The notes: generated from the letters alone by a model not told the origin. Shown: positions 37,879-48,275, counted from the first letter of the stretch. The stretch: DNA of 64,000 nucleotides from Synechococcaceae cyanobacterium SM2_3_2 (GCA_012031565.1 JAAUUM010000001.1:6981-70980); one strand, 5' to 3'. Made by a program: numbers and translations.

Positions 37879-38194
37879 CTATCTTTTGGATCCCTTACAT
37901 CTAATCTCAAGGATCCCTATTTAAGTTGATTCTGCTGAGCTATCTACCCTGGTCTAATCGGTGTTAATGACTGAGAGAGGACGAGATATTTGATTCTGAC
38001 CTCTTTTTAATTTGGTTTTGTATCCAGTCATCACAAATCCTGATCTATTTTGCTAATTTAGATCGACTATGATGAGGAATAAATTTTGAAATGATTCTGG
38101 CGAAAAACACGAAGTCGCCTTTCACTGAGCTATCTATCGCAAGATTGAGCTGAGATTAGATGGACTTTGGTGCTTTTGGCTTCATACCGCAATA

Positions 38195-38701
38195 ATGAGT
38201 AATTCCACTACTACCTCTCGACACAATGGGACGAGTTCACACACTGAAGCTCTTGTTCCTCCAACTCCTCAGCTGCGCGAACCTTTTCTGGAGGTATTGA
38301 GGGAACTGGCTGGAGGATATCAGGCTTTTACGGTTTATTCGGATACTCATGTTCGCAAAATGGGGTTGACTCCCCCTCAATTCGATGTGATAGCCACACT
38401 CGGCAATACAGCAGGCATGACCATGAATGTGCTAGCAGAAAAAACGCTGGTGACCAAGGGCACCTTGACTGGAATTGTTGATCGCTTACAGGATAAGGGC
38501 CTGGTGCGACGGGAGGTACCACCCGAAAATCGGCGCTGTTTTTTGATTGTGCTGACCCCTGAAGGCGAACAGGTTTTTCGGGAGACGTTCCCGGCCCAGA
38601 TTGCCCATCTCAAAGAACGCTTTGACCAATTGGATCCCGAAGATCTGGTCACTCTCAAAACCTCCCTGCGCAAACTACGGCTTCTGTTTCAACAAGGGTG
38701 A
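38195..38701 (+). CDS. MarR family transcriptional regulator
   Basis: 168 aa. Winged-helix core LTPPQFDVIATLGNTAGMTMNVLAEKTLVTKGTLTGIVDRLQDKGLVRRE. Confidence 0.8.
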   Translation: MSNSTTTSRHNGTSSHTEALVPPTPQLREPFLEVLRELAGGYQAFTVYSDTHVRKMGLTPPQFDVIATLGNTAGMTMNVLAEKTLVTKGTLTGIVDRLQDKGLVRREVPPENRRCFLIVLTPEGEQVFRETFPAQIAHLKERFDQLDPEDLVTLKTSLRKLRLLFQQG

Positions 38702-39054
38702 AACTTGACCTTTCATCTAGCTATCTATATCTCAATGTAAAGATATTTTTTTGCCACTAGAAAAATGTGCGAATGAATATGGGGAATGCCACTATTCTAA
38801 TGTTGTGCTAGCATCAAGCTTTAACTTTTACTTTATAGAGCCATAGTAATCCGTTCTAAATGCAATTTTCTAATATTGCGAAACATGGGGTAGCTGGCCT
38901 ATTAGATATCGTCTTCTGAGCGGCTGCCGGAACGAGAGTTGTTGCTCTGGTGAATCGTTCTAGCGGATCAGTCTGGATCCTTTCGTCCGGCCCGTCCTTT
39001 TTGCTGACAGAGGAGCTGACATTAAGCACTTCTCATTTTTTGCAACAGAATCTC

Positions 39055-39717
39055 CTACAGCAGACCCCGATAACGAATAAAGGTCAGCACCGCCGCCCAA
39101 GATCCCAGGGCAACTTTCAGGGCAACCAAGATATTGAGCACCGGGATCCATCCGCCACTCACCAACGTGCCCAGTTCTCCGGGGGGTAGCTCGATCCCGA
39201 TCAACATGAGGGCCGAGATGCTGATAAAGATCAACACCGAAACTTTTTCCCAGGTTGCGGCTCGCCACCTCTGATACAAAGCCTCCATCGATTTTGTGGA
39301 GGAGGTAATCGCCACCAACCCGATTGCTGTGCCCCCCGCTACCCCTGCTGCAAATCCACCCCCCGGACTCAAATGCCCACGGATCGCCAGTTCCACACTG
39401 ATCAGGGCAGCGATGGTTGCCCCCAGTCGAGCCAGCACAATAGAAGGATGATCATTAAACTGATGGATCGTACAGGAGGGCTGTTCGTTAGCCAACAGAA
39501 ACCTCACCCCCATGATGGCCACCGTAAAAACCACCACCTCAAAAATCGTGTCATACAAGCGGTTGCGAAAGATGATCCCTGAAACCGCATTGGGTACGCC
39601 GCTATCTCGGACAATCGATTGCAGCAGGGAGAGGCTCTCAAGATCCACCACCGGGTTGGCAAGTAAAATCATCTTGATGCCAAAGGCAATCCCCGCAGCC
39701 AAATAAATCCAGATCAC
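39055..39717 (-). CDS. mrpB: Mrp-type cation/proton antiporter subunit B (MnhB-like)
   Basis: 220-aa polytopic membrane protein. It is last in the operon, is MnhB-like (VVFTVAIMGV, GGGFAAG), and overlaps the upstream gene by 4 nt. Confidence 0.7.
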   Translation of the reverse strand: MIWIYLAAGIAFGIKMILLANPVVDLESLSLLQSIVRDSGVPNAVSGIIFRNRLYDTIFEVVVFTVAIMGVRFLLANEQPSCTIHQFNDHPSIVLARLGATIAALISVELAIRGHLSPGGGFAAGVAGGTAIGLVAITSSTKSMEALYQRWRAATWEKVSVLIFISISALMLIGIELPPGELGTLVSGGWIPVLNILVALKVALGSWAAVLTFIRYRGLL

Positions 39718-40385
39718 GCACCCACCTCCACTGACTCAGGGATCCCATCTCTCAATTCCAATGGATCCGGCTGAACCCAAGCGGCGGGATCAATATAGGT
39801 GACCTCAACCCCCAAAGAGAGAGGCTCAGTTAGATTGGCCCGAATCAGATCATAGAGACGATGAACTCGTGTTTGCAGCAGAAATGGAGCCTGACCGGGG
39901 GATAGAAGCACGTGGGTGTCCTGTAACGGGCTGTCAGGAAGTTTTATATTGTGGGGACTTGTATTGTGGGCAACACAAATGGCGTGAATATCCTTGGCCA
40001 TCAGGGCTGTTTGCAGAGCTTGGGGAGTGGGATAAGCAATGGGTTCTAGGCGGATGTGATGAGCCAGGAGGAGCTTACGCAGGCCAGCCAGCAGGGACTG
40101 ATAAGGATCCGATGGGGAAGACCCCTCCCCTTCGAGCACCCCCAAGCGCAAACTCATGGAGGATCGCACCGCCACCGCATAGAGCGTGACTGAGAGCATG
40201 GTTCCCACCAATGCCTCTGTCAAGGCCACATCAGCCGCCCCCAACAAGGCATAGATCAGGGAGGCAACGGCCCCCAAAATACCCCGGATCACGAGGGCTT
40301 GGTAGGGATTGGTCTGCACAACCAGGGCTGTGGCCATGACCGGCAACAGGGCCACCAAAACCACCATATAAAGATCTTCAGTCAT
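39714..40385 (-). CDS. DUF4040/MbhD-like membrane protein (MrpA C-terminal-type segment) with soluble C-terminal extension
   Basis: The start ATG at 40385 overlaps the mrpG stop (ATGACTGA). About 80 aa of TM helices (LVALLPVMATALVVQTNPYQALVIRGILGAVASLIYALLGAADVALTEALVGTMLSVTLY) are followed by about 140 aa that are non-membrane. Confidence 0.6.
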   Translation of the reverse strand: MTEDLYMVVLVALLPVMATALVVQTNPYQALVIRGILGAVASLIYALLGAADVALTEALVGTMLSVTLYAVAVRSSMSLRLGVLEGEGSSPSDPYQSLLAGLRKLLLAHHIRLEPIAYPTPQALQTALMAKDIHAICVAHNTSPHNIKLPDSPLQDTHVLLSPGQAPFLLQTRVHRLYDLIRANLTEPLSLGVEVTYIDPAAWVQPDPLELRDGIPESVEVGA

Positions 40386-40659
40386 GATCCAGCTCACCAG
40401 TGGTGGAACAATAGGCCAAAACATAGCCCAATACCGTATTCCAGATTGCCAGAGAAATCAGGGCCAGCAACAGCAGAGGCCATTCCTGAGGGATCCTGAG
40501 CAGCAACCCCACCACCAAACTCATCGAACCGAGAGTATCCGCCACCGATAAGGCATGGAGCTTAAACAAGACCGAGCGCTGACCCAACAGCGGCAGGGTT
40601 CCCCAAAACCAAAATCCAACGCCGATAGCGATCAGAATGTAACTCAAAACCTCAGTCAT
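40378..40659 (-). CDS. mrpG: Mrp-type antiporter subunit G
   Basis: Start ATG at 40659 (MTEVLSYILIAIGVGFWFWGTLPLLGQRSVLFKLHALSVADTLG) overlaps the mrpF stop. MnhG-like. Confidence 0.75.
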   Translation of the reverse strand: MTEVLSYILIAIGVGFWFWGTLPLLGQRSVLFKLHALSVADTLGSMSLVVGLLLRIPQEWPLLLLALISLAIWNTVLGYVLAYCSTTGELDHD

Positions 40660-40910
40660 AATTGATTCATCCGTCTCAGGACATGAGCCAATAGCATCAG
40701 TGCTGCATTTCCCACACTTAAGATCAACACCCCAACCACCCCAATCATCCAATCATTTCGCAGCACCGAGATCACTAAAATCATGACCGATGTTTTGGTA
40801 GCAATGCTAGCAAATGCTAACATTTTTTGCCAAATATCTTCGTCTTGACAAGCCTCATAGATCGGAATCAGTAGTGCCAGGATCATGGCCAACAAAACCA
40901 GTTTCATCAC
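40656..40910 (-). CDS. mrpF: Mrp-type antiporter subunit F
   Basis: 84-aa three-helix membrane protein positioned between the E and G subunits. Confidence 0.7.
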   Translation of the reverse strand: MMKLVLLAMILALLIPIYEACQDEDIWQKMLAFASIATKTSVMILVISVLRNDWMIGVVGVLILSVGNAALMLLAHVLRRMNQL

Positions 40911-41293
40911 AACCTCTCGCGTACCACTCGATGCACCTCATACCAGCCATTCTGGTGATATTTAAGGACAATTGTTTTCGGGGTAAACGTAATCAGGAAA
41001 ATATCCAAAAAGATCAGCCCAGGGGTTCGATTTGGCTTAACTCGTTCCATGGTAACTGCTTCTAGATTATGTGGGCAAAACATAATCTCTAAAGCCTCAA
41101 TATAGGCTTGAGGAATAGCGATCAAGATTTCCCACAACACATGGATCCAATCTCGCAAAACCGTTGCCTTGAGATAGCCTCGAGGTAAGATGAGTGCAAC
41201 ACTAACGCCGATCAAAACATTAGCCCAGCTTAGATCTGCCGTCAACAAAAACCAAATGGTCAGCCGCAACAATAAATCTAGATATCCAATCAT
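40907..41293 (-). CDS. mrpE: Mrp-type antiporter subunit E
   Basis: Start ATG at 41293 (MIGYLDLLLRLTIWFLLT) overlaps the mrpD stop (ATGA). MnhE-like. Confidence 0.7.
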   Translation of the reverse strand: MIGYLDLLLRLTIWFLLTADLSWANVLIGVSVALILPRGYLKATVLRDWIHVLWEILIAIPQAYIEALEIMFCPHNLEAVTMERVKPNRTPGLIFLDIFLITFTPKTIVLKYHQNGWYEVHRVVRERL

Positions 41294-42771
41294 GAAACCA
41301 CCATCCAAAACAAAAGAGTTAAGGCCAAGCTCATCACCCCAATCAGATGTTTGAATTGTTCCATCATTTTGGGCAGGTGGATCCGAAGTTGCCGAAGCCC
41401 CAGTATAGAGACAAGCCAACCCGCAAGGACTAAGCTCACCGCTTTTGAAATACTGGCCAACGTATAAACTTCTAGATGCAAAAAATTAGCTGCTATCAAC
41501 CCACTCAGTAGGAGTGTGATCGCCAATCCTAGACCTGTTTTTTTGGGCTGTGTCAGTTCCTGCTCAAGGTCTTGCTTTTGGTTTCGTTTGAGTGGGATCA
41601 ATAGAAATGTTGTCATAGCAATGGTTGTTCCCAGTGCCGCAGTATTCATGGCGATTGATTGCCAGGGGGCTAGATCCTTGAGCACTAAGATTTTGGATCC
41701 GAATCCAGCCAGGAGAGGAAAACCCGACATAGAAAGGCTGGCCATGACCAAAGCTATCCAAAGGGAGAGCGAGATTGAGGTCTGTTGTAAGGTATACCGA
41801 TCCCGGCTGGGCAGACTGCCAGACAATAAAAAAAGGGCTGCTTTTGCCAGTCCATGAGTTAAGGCATAAAAGCCAGCGGCAGGCGGGGCCATCAACACAA
41901 AGCCCATTTGTGAAACGGTACTAAAAGCCAATAATCTTTTGATGTCGGTCTCTGTGATGGCATAGGCAACCCCCAGCAGGGCACTGCCAGTTGCCAGGAT
42001 CCCCAATACCTGTCCCAGATCGGGCATGGCAAGAGCACATCGAATCAGGGGAAAAACGCCAGCATTAATCACAGATCCTGACAGCAGCGCAGAAACACCT
42101 GTCTCAGATTCGGCATGGGTCAGCGGTAGCCATAACCCTGAGAGAAAGATCCCCCCTTTGGTCAACAACCCCACCAGGATCAGCACCACGGCCTCAGTTG
42201 AAGCTTGGGCCAATCCTGAAAAGGCAAAGGATTGGTTGGTCTGGTAGACCAAAACGGCTCCAATCAGATAAAACAGCATAGCCGTATTGCTCACGAATAG
42301 ATACCGCAGACCTACCCAGATCGAGCGGTGAGTTCGAGGATAAGCAATCAGCAGAAATGTAGTGATGCTAATGACTTCTAGCGCCACATAGAGACTCATA
42401 AAGTCAGAACACACAAACACAGCATTCACACAACTGTGTAAAATGACAACTTGAGTATAGAAAAAAGCAGATTTTTTGCTTTGCCAATAATAGAGAATAA
42501 CTGATAGAGTAACGAGAGCATTCGTAACAACAAAAAATCCACTCAAAGAATCTAAGCTCAGGGTGACCCCCACTTGATCAATCAGGTGAATGGTCTGGGG
42601 GACAGACATCCAAAGCTTTGGCAACCCAAACAAAAAGGATGCTAAAGCTACTCCCAAAGCTAGAACTCGATCAAAACGAGGCCAGAGATAACAGATAAAG
42701 CCAATCACCAAAGGCAAAGCCAACCAGAGAATAGTGATTGCTTCATTGCTGTTTATCGAGATTGCATTCAT
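41290..42771 (-). CDS. mrpD: Mrp-type antiporter subunit D (NuoN/NuoM-like proton-conducting subunit)
   Basis: 493 aa, about 14 TM helices, proton-antiporter family motifs (WLPLTHAESETGVSALLSG, TVSQMGFVL). Confidence 0.85.
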   Translation of the reverse strand: MNAISINSNEAITILWLALPLVIGFICYLWPRFDRVLALGVALASFLFGLPKLWMSVPQTIHLIDQVGVTLSLDSLSGFFVVTNALVTLSVILYYWQSKKSAFFYTQVVILHSCVNAVFVCSDFMSLYVALEVISITTFLLIAYPRTHRSIWVGLRYLFVSNTAMLFYLIGAVLVYQTNQSFAFSGLAQASTEAVVLILVGLLTKGGIFLSGLWLPLTHAESETGVSALLSGSVINAGVFPLIRCALAMPDLGQVLGILATGSALLGVAYAITETDIKRLLAFSTVSQMGFVLMAPPAAGFYALTHGLAKAALFLLSGSLPSRDRYTLQQTSISLSLWIALVMASLSMSGFPLLAGFGSKILVLKDLAPWQSIAMNTAALGTTIAMTTFLLIPLKRNQKQDLEQELTQPKKTGLGLAITLLLSGLIAANFLHLEVYTLASISKAVSLVLAGWLVSILGLRQLRIHLPKMMEQFKHLIGVMSLALTLLFWMVVS

Positions 42772-43106
42772 GGTGTAGATGTGTAGTTATTCTCAATCTC
42801 TTGGGTTTCAAGTGTGGGGTGATCCTGAGCTAATTTCATCACCCCTACTAGCATGAGTGCTTGGATCGAAAGACCGATTACAATGGCCGTCAAGATCACT
42901 GCTTGGGGCACTGGATCCGCATAAGACTTGGGTTCAGTGCTGAGAAGGATAGGAGTTAGCAAGCCTTTTTGGGAAGCCACAAGAACGTAATAAGCAATGA
43001 CCCCTGTACTCATGACATCCATGGACAGAATTTTCATCATTAGATTCTTTTTCAAGAGTATCCCGAAAAATCCACAAAGAATGGTGGTAAAAACAAAGAT
43101 CTCCAT
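42768..43106 (-). CDS. mrpC: Mrp-type antiporter subunit C (NuoK-like)
   Basis: ATG at 43106 is preceded by AGGAGG. The 112-aa three-helix protein is MEIFVFTTILCGFFGILLKKNLMMKILSMDVM... Confidence 0.8.
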   Translation of the reverse strand: MEIFVFTTILCGFFGILLKKNLMMKILSMDVMSTGVIAYYVLVASQKGLLTPILLSTEPKSYADPVPQAVILTAIVIGLSIQALMLVGVMKLAQDHPTLETQEIENNYTSTP

Positions 43107-44530
43107 CTCAGTCAGCCTCCTAGACTTGCGACACAATACCGATAGCTAAATGATACAAAATTGATCTCTGGATGCTCCTCATAACCCCCAGCCCTAGACC
43201 GAGGTAACAAAGTTGAGAAGTACCCTCACCGCCCCCACTGCATGCAGTCGCCAGCCTGATCAGCTACCCCAAGGGTAGTTATGTTTTCATTTTCAGTCTC
43301 TGGGCCTGATCTCAACTGGCGGAGTGCCCCGTGCAAATGAGTTTTCCCACCATATCATTATGCAGAGTCTATTTTTTGGGCGTGGACATAGATTGTAGTC
43401 TATTTTTGGCCGACAATAAAAAACAAAGGCCGGGATTATTCTGAGCTTGGCTGTCAGATCAACACTCAGCTCTCCTGGAAACGTGGTGGAGTTTCTGCAT
43501 CGAGTTCACTGAGATCCTTGTCCAGAGAGAGGTTGACACTGCAAGCTTCTTGTGCGGTCACTATAAATCCAGGAGAGCCCAACACTCTAGGATGTTTGCC
43601 CCTAGTCCTGAGGGCTAATTCATAAAGCAAACCTTAGGGAGCTTGAATGCGCGACGGGGCAATGGTTCTCCGAGCTCTACCTTAACAAGACCATTTTTCC
43701 GAAAGCCTTGCCACACGAGAGATGCCGCGCGACTTGATGAATTAACTCTTAGAAGATTTTTCATAGACTAGAATCTATAACTCCTAGAGGGAAAATCATA
43801 TTTACTCTATTCAAAAATTGCCCTAAGGTTGGATGAACTTGAGCAAAAACTTGGGCAAAGGGTTTATCCATCTGTTCTGGATCCGGTGCTTATCAATCGG
43901 CTTGATACCTTTGGGTCTCAGGTTGTTAGGGGTATCAGCTCCTTGCTCGTTAAGCCTTCTAGTCACTCCTCTGTCGATCCCCCCGGCCCTTTCATGGAGT
44001 AGAGCGATGCCAAAACGGTTTCTCATCCAACTGAGACGAAGTTCTAATCGGATCAGGCCCGTACTGAGCCGAGTTGAGCATTCTCAGCATCGTTCTTCTG
44101 GGTATGGTTTGCCTACGGGCAGGCCATCCCTGAGGGGGCGAACTCTGCGAGGGCGTGGCTTTAGGAAGCAAGGGTTAGCTGGACTGTGGTGGCGAGCTGG
44201 AACTTGGCGAAGGTTATGCCTGGGGCTGCGATCTCTGTTATATGGGAGGGTACATCAGGAGGATCCTGTCTATTCTGCCCTCCGACAGATCCAGAAGGGG
44301 CCGATTCAAAAATGGGAGCAAGGTTGGTTCATGCCAGGGATTTTGGTTCTGTGGCTGCTGCTGCTCAGTCTCTTTCTTTTGCATCCCCTCAGCTCTTGGC
44401 TGTCAGTGCGCTCAGAGTTCGAGCATCAGGTTTGTCCTGGGCCATCTTGTTTTGTATTCCAGCTTGATTGAGTAACGGTGTTGCCCCCGCAGCCACCTAA
44501 AGTCTGGAGGCCATCAGTCTCTGGCGTCCT

Positions 44531-44552
44531 CCGTTATTTTGCTCGATAACGG
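44531..44552. promoter_or_regulatory. Perfect inverted repeat CCGTTAT-N8-ATAACGG upstream of sbtA (candidate operator)
   Basis: Read directly, 57-78 nt upstream of the sbtA ATG. A related half-site, TAACGGTGTTGCC, occurs at 44472. Confidence 0.3.
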
Positions 44553-44608
44553 TATCTTGCCCAATACCGATTTGCCAACACCTATCTAGATGGATGAGGA
44601 CTTTAAGC

Positions 44609-45733
44609 ATGGATTTTTTGTCTGATTTTTTAGCGCGATTTGCGGAGAAGTTGCAATCCCCCACCTTGGGCTTTTTGCTGGGGGGGTTGGTTCTGGCGGC
44701 TTTTGGGAGCCAGTTGGTGATTCCAGATGCGATTTACAAGTTCATCGTTTTTATGCTGCTGATGAGGGTGGGCCTCAGTGGCGGCATTGCGATCCGTGAG
44801 TCCAATCTAACGGAGATGTTGCTGCCTGCGATCTTTGCGATAGCAACCGGCATCTTGATCGTATTTATCGGTCGCCATACCCTGGGCAGGATGCCCTACA
44901 TCAAAACCGTGGATGCCATTGCAACGGCGGGCTTATTTGGGGCAGTCAGTGGCTCTACCCTTGCTGCTGCCCTCAACCTCATGGAAGCGGAAGGCATTCA
45001 GTACGAGGCTTGGGCCGGTGCCCTCTATCCCTTTATGGATATCCCTGCCTTGGTGACTGCTATTGTCTTGGCCACGATCTACTCCGATAAGCAGCGCGGT
45101 GCTGTGGAGGATCACTTTAGCAATCAGGAGTTTCTCAGCAAGCAGCCGGTTGCCGCCGGTGGATATGCCAGCAAGCAGTCGATTGTCGCTGTCGGGTATC
45201 CCAAAGAGCAGAGCGGCACCCCAGGCCGACGGGTTAAAATCTGGCCCATTGTTAAAGAAAGTCTTCAGGGCCCCGCCCTATCAGCTCTGCTGCTGGGCAT
45301 TGGCTTGGGGCTACTGACTCAGCCAGACAGCGTCTATGAGAGCTTCTTTAATCCTCTGTTTCGGGGACTGTTGTCTATCCTGATGTTGGTGATGGGGATG
45401 GAGGCTTGGGCAAGGATCGGCGAGCTGCGTAAGGTGGCCCAATGGTACGCCGTCTATGCCTTTGTGGCACCACTGTTGCATGGTCTGATTGCTTTTGGCC
45501 TCGGCATGATTGCCCACTATTTGACTGGATTCAGTCCTGGCGGGGTTGTGATTCTGGCGGTGATTGCCTGCTCCAGTTCAGATATTTCAGGCCCCCCCAC
45601 CCTCCGAGCTGGGATCCCCTCTGCCAACCCCTCCGCCTATGTGGGAGCATCCACAGCGGTTGGCACCCCGGTGGCGATTGCTATCGGGATCCCTTTCTTC
45701 ATCGGTCTGGCTCAGGCGTTAATGGGCAGCTAA
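44609..45733 (+). CDS. sbtA: Sodium-dependent bicarbonate transporter SbtA
   Basis: MDFLSDFLARFAEKLQSPTLGFLLGGLVLAAFGSQLVIPDAIYKFIVFMLLMRVGLSGGIAIRESNLTEMLLP is near-identical in pattern to Synechocystis SbtA as I recall it. The maximal ORF begins at 44594. Confidence 0.9.
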   Translation: MDFLSDFLARFAEKLQSPTLGFLLGGLVLAAFGSQLVIPDAIYKFIVFMLLMRVGLSGGIAIRESNLTEMLLPAIFAIATGILIVFIGRHTLGRMPYIKTVDAIATAGLFGAVSGSTLAAALNLMEAEGIQYEAWAGALYPFMDIPALVTAIVLATIYSDKQRGAVEDHFSNQEFLSKQPVAAGGYASKQSIVAVGYPKEQSGTPGRRVKIWPIVKESLQGPALSALLLGIGLGLLTQPDSVYESFFNPLFRGLLSILMLVMGMEAWARIGELRKVAQWYAVYAFVAPLLHGLIAFGLGMIAHYLTGFSPGGVVILAVIACSSSDISGPPTLRAGIPSANPSAYVGASTAVGTPVAIAIGIPFFIGLAQALMGS

Positions 45734-45767
45734 CTCATTAGAGTCACAGTATTTGAGCAAAGTCTGA

Positions 45768-46148
<381 letters not shown>

Positions 46149-46460
46149 TTCCATCCCCTTGATCAACCCGGATCCATCTAAGTCAATGTGTCTGAGTCAA
46201 TTGATCTGATCAAAGCTGAGACCTGATTCAGAGCTGGGGTTATGCCTAGCTCTTTTGTCTATGATTGAACTGTGGCAACCTGTGTTGAGTTAAGCAAAAT
46301 TCTCATCCCTGGATTAAGTATAATTTTCGAGTTTTTTTAGAGGAAGACAGACCTTCCCTGACGAGCCTTTCGAGCCACTGTCTAGGAGCATTATTTAATC
46401 GCTCAACTATGGCAACGTCAAAGCACACATTTATTTCAACAGCTCAAAAAGAGCCAATCA

Positions 46461-47210
46461 CTACAGTGAAATCAACCCATACGTGAGAGCAAATCTCACC
46501 AATTCTGTGCGGCTACTAGTACCCGTTTTATTCAGTAACCGAGTCACATATTTTTCGACATTGCGGACACTGGTTTGCAGCTGTTTGGCAATCTCTTTAT
46601 TCATCAGCCCTTCTGATACTTTTTCTAGAACTTCTTGCTCCCGTGGCGTCAGATTAACCTGGAGCGGCGGTCGTTGCGGAATCGGCATCGGGGCCGTCAT
46701 CAGCGATTCTGAAGCTGGAGCTGGATGAGGAGAATGCGGCTCGGTACGACTGGCCACCTCAGCAATCATGTCTCGAATTGCATCCAATTCACGCGCAAGG
46801 GCAGCAGAAGGGGCCGAAGATTTAGCCCGTTCCAGCAGATTTTCCACAATCGCCACCAGTTCTTCTGGATCAAAAGGCTTGGGTAAATAAACATCTGCCC
46901 CAGCTCGATAGCCTTGGATCCTGTCGGCAGTCATGCCCTTGGCTGTCAAAAAGACCACCGGGAGATGGCTGTAGGCATCCAGCTGACGCAATTGCGCCAA
47001 AAACTGATAGCCATCCATACCGGGCATCATAATATCTGAGATCACCAGATCGGGCTGGGCAGTGCTGAGCAGCTGAAACGCCTGTTGGCCATTGACAGCA
47101 GCCACCACCTCAAAGCCACTGTCCTCCAAATACGCTTGGACAGCCTCTCGCAACCCAGGCTCATCATCCACCAACAGGATCCGGCTAGGACGGTCTAAGT
47201 CTGAAGACAT
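46461..47210 (-). CDS. Response regulator transcription factor (REC + LuxR/NarL-type HTH)
   Basis: RILLVDDEPGLREAV...DLVISDIMMPGMDG...FLTAKG, and C-terminal LTPREQEVLEKVSEGLMNKEIAKQLQTSVRNVEKYVTRLLNK. Confidence 0.85.
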   Translation of the reverse strand: MSSDLDRPSRILLVDDEPGLREAVQAYLEDSGFEVVAAVNGQQAFQLLSTAQPDLVISDIMMPGMDGYQFLAQLRQLDAYSHLPVVFLTAKGMTADRIQGYRAGADVYLPKPFDPEELVAIVENLLERAKSSAPSAALARELDAIRDMIAEVASRTEPHSPHPAPASESLMTAPMPIPQRPPLQVNLTPREQEVLEKVSEGLMNKEIAKQLQTSVRNVEKYVTRLLNKTGTSSRTELVRFALTYGLISL

Positions 47211-47329
47211 CAGCAGTGTAGTAAAAAAGTGATTACAAGGGGATTACAAAATGAAGCAGGACTATCAACAGGCGAAAAGCGATTCAGTGCTATCAGAACT
47301 AACGCCACCTTGCAGCCCAGATAAACTTT

Positions 47330-48148
47330 CTAGCTAACTTTATTGTAAGACCCCAGACGAGGCAGACACACCCGAAACAGGGATCCCTCCCCCACCTGGC
47401 TCTCCACAGTCAGGGATCCCCCCATGTGTTGCACCAAGTTGCGGCTGATGGCCAAGCCCAAGCCTTGCCCTTGGGGATCCCGTTTCTCCTGGTCTGGGCG
47501 TTGCGACAGATCGACTCGATAAAACGGCTGAAAAACCTTCTCGATCTCAGCCGCCGGGATCCCTAGGCCAGAATCCTGGATCGTGAGAATCACCTCCTGC
47601 TCAGTGACCGTGACGGCCAGACAAACCCGACCCTGGGGTGATGTATATTTACAGGCATTATCAATCAGGTTATTCAACACCTGCCGCAGCATCAAGGGAT
47701 CCCCGTTGATCCAAACTTCTGAGGAAAGCAAAGGATTTGAGTCAGTCAAGATTTCCGGCTTCATCGTCTCCAGAAAGGTGGGCCAGAGCAAACTAAAATC
47801 TATGCCATAGGAAGCCGCTAAAGTTGAATAAATCGGCTGTAAGTCCGTCACAAAAGAAATGATCTCTAAGGGTTGCAAAGGCTGCTGAAGGCTGGTCAGA
47901 GAAGTTTGCTGTTGATGTTCAAACTGGTCTAACAAGTGGCGGAGATGCTGACATTCCCGTTCCACACTGGTTCCGATCCAGCCCTGCTCAGTCTCTGCCG
48001 GAAACCGATTTTGTAGAAGTTTGGCCAACGTGGTCAAGGTGGTCAGCGGGTTACGCAACTCATGAAAAAGGATGGCCAAGGCTTGCGGATCGATCCCCAC
48101 CTGGGATCCCAGCTCTGGGTTATCTGGCTGATCGGCAGGGCGAGACAT
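47330..48148 (-). CDS. Sensor histidine kinase (HisKA + HATPase_c, no obvious sensor domain)
   Basis: H-box FHELRNPLTTL, N-box LNNLIDNACKY, G-boxes QDSGLGIP and GQGLGLAI. 272 aa. Confidence 0.8.
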   Translation of the reverse strand: MSRPADQPDNPELGSQVGIDPQALAILFHELRNPLTTLTTLAKLLQNRFPAETEQGWIGTSVERECQHLRHLLDQFEHQQQTSLTSLQQPLQPLEIISFVTDLQPIYSTLAASYGIDFSLLWPTFLETMKPEILTDSNPLLSSEVWINGDPLMLRQVLNNLIDNACKYTSPQGRVCLAVTVTEQEVILTIQDSGLGIPAAEIEKVFQPFYRVDLSQRPDQEKRDPQGQGLGLAISRNLVQHMGGSLTVESQVGEGSLFRVCLPRLGSYNKVS

Positions 48149-48275
48149 AGGACGTGCAAAACCTGAAAGTCAGATGGTGAAAGGGCAAGATTTGGGTTAG
48201 AGATTCCGATCACAAGAGCAAAGCCCGCCAAGGATCCTGACTGATCCCCCCAGCGGGTCAAGTTGAGCGCTTTCT

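Noticed and set aside
43823-44140. Minus-strand frame (…LIRLELRLSWMRNRFGIALLHERAGGIDRGVTRRLNEQGADTPNNL…) vaguely reminiscent of the HxLRHxF…LGH region of tyrosine recombinases, suggesting an integrase relic.
   Set aside because: Only a handful of positions match and the catalytic residues are not aligned convincingly. It cannot be supported without a profile search.
43833-44471. 212-aa ORF on the plus strand in the mrp/sbtA gap.
   Set aside because: It has an extreme Arg/Leu/Ser/Gly composition, no motif, no ribosome-binding site, and overlapping ORFs in two other frames. This is typical of chance open frames.
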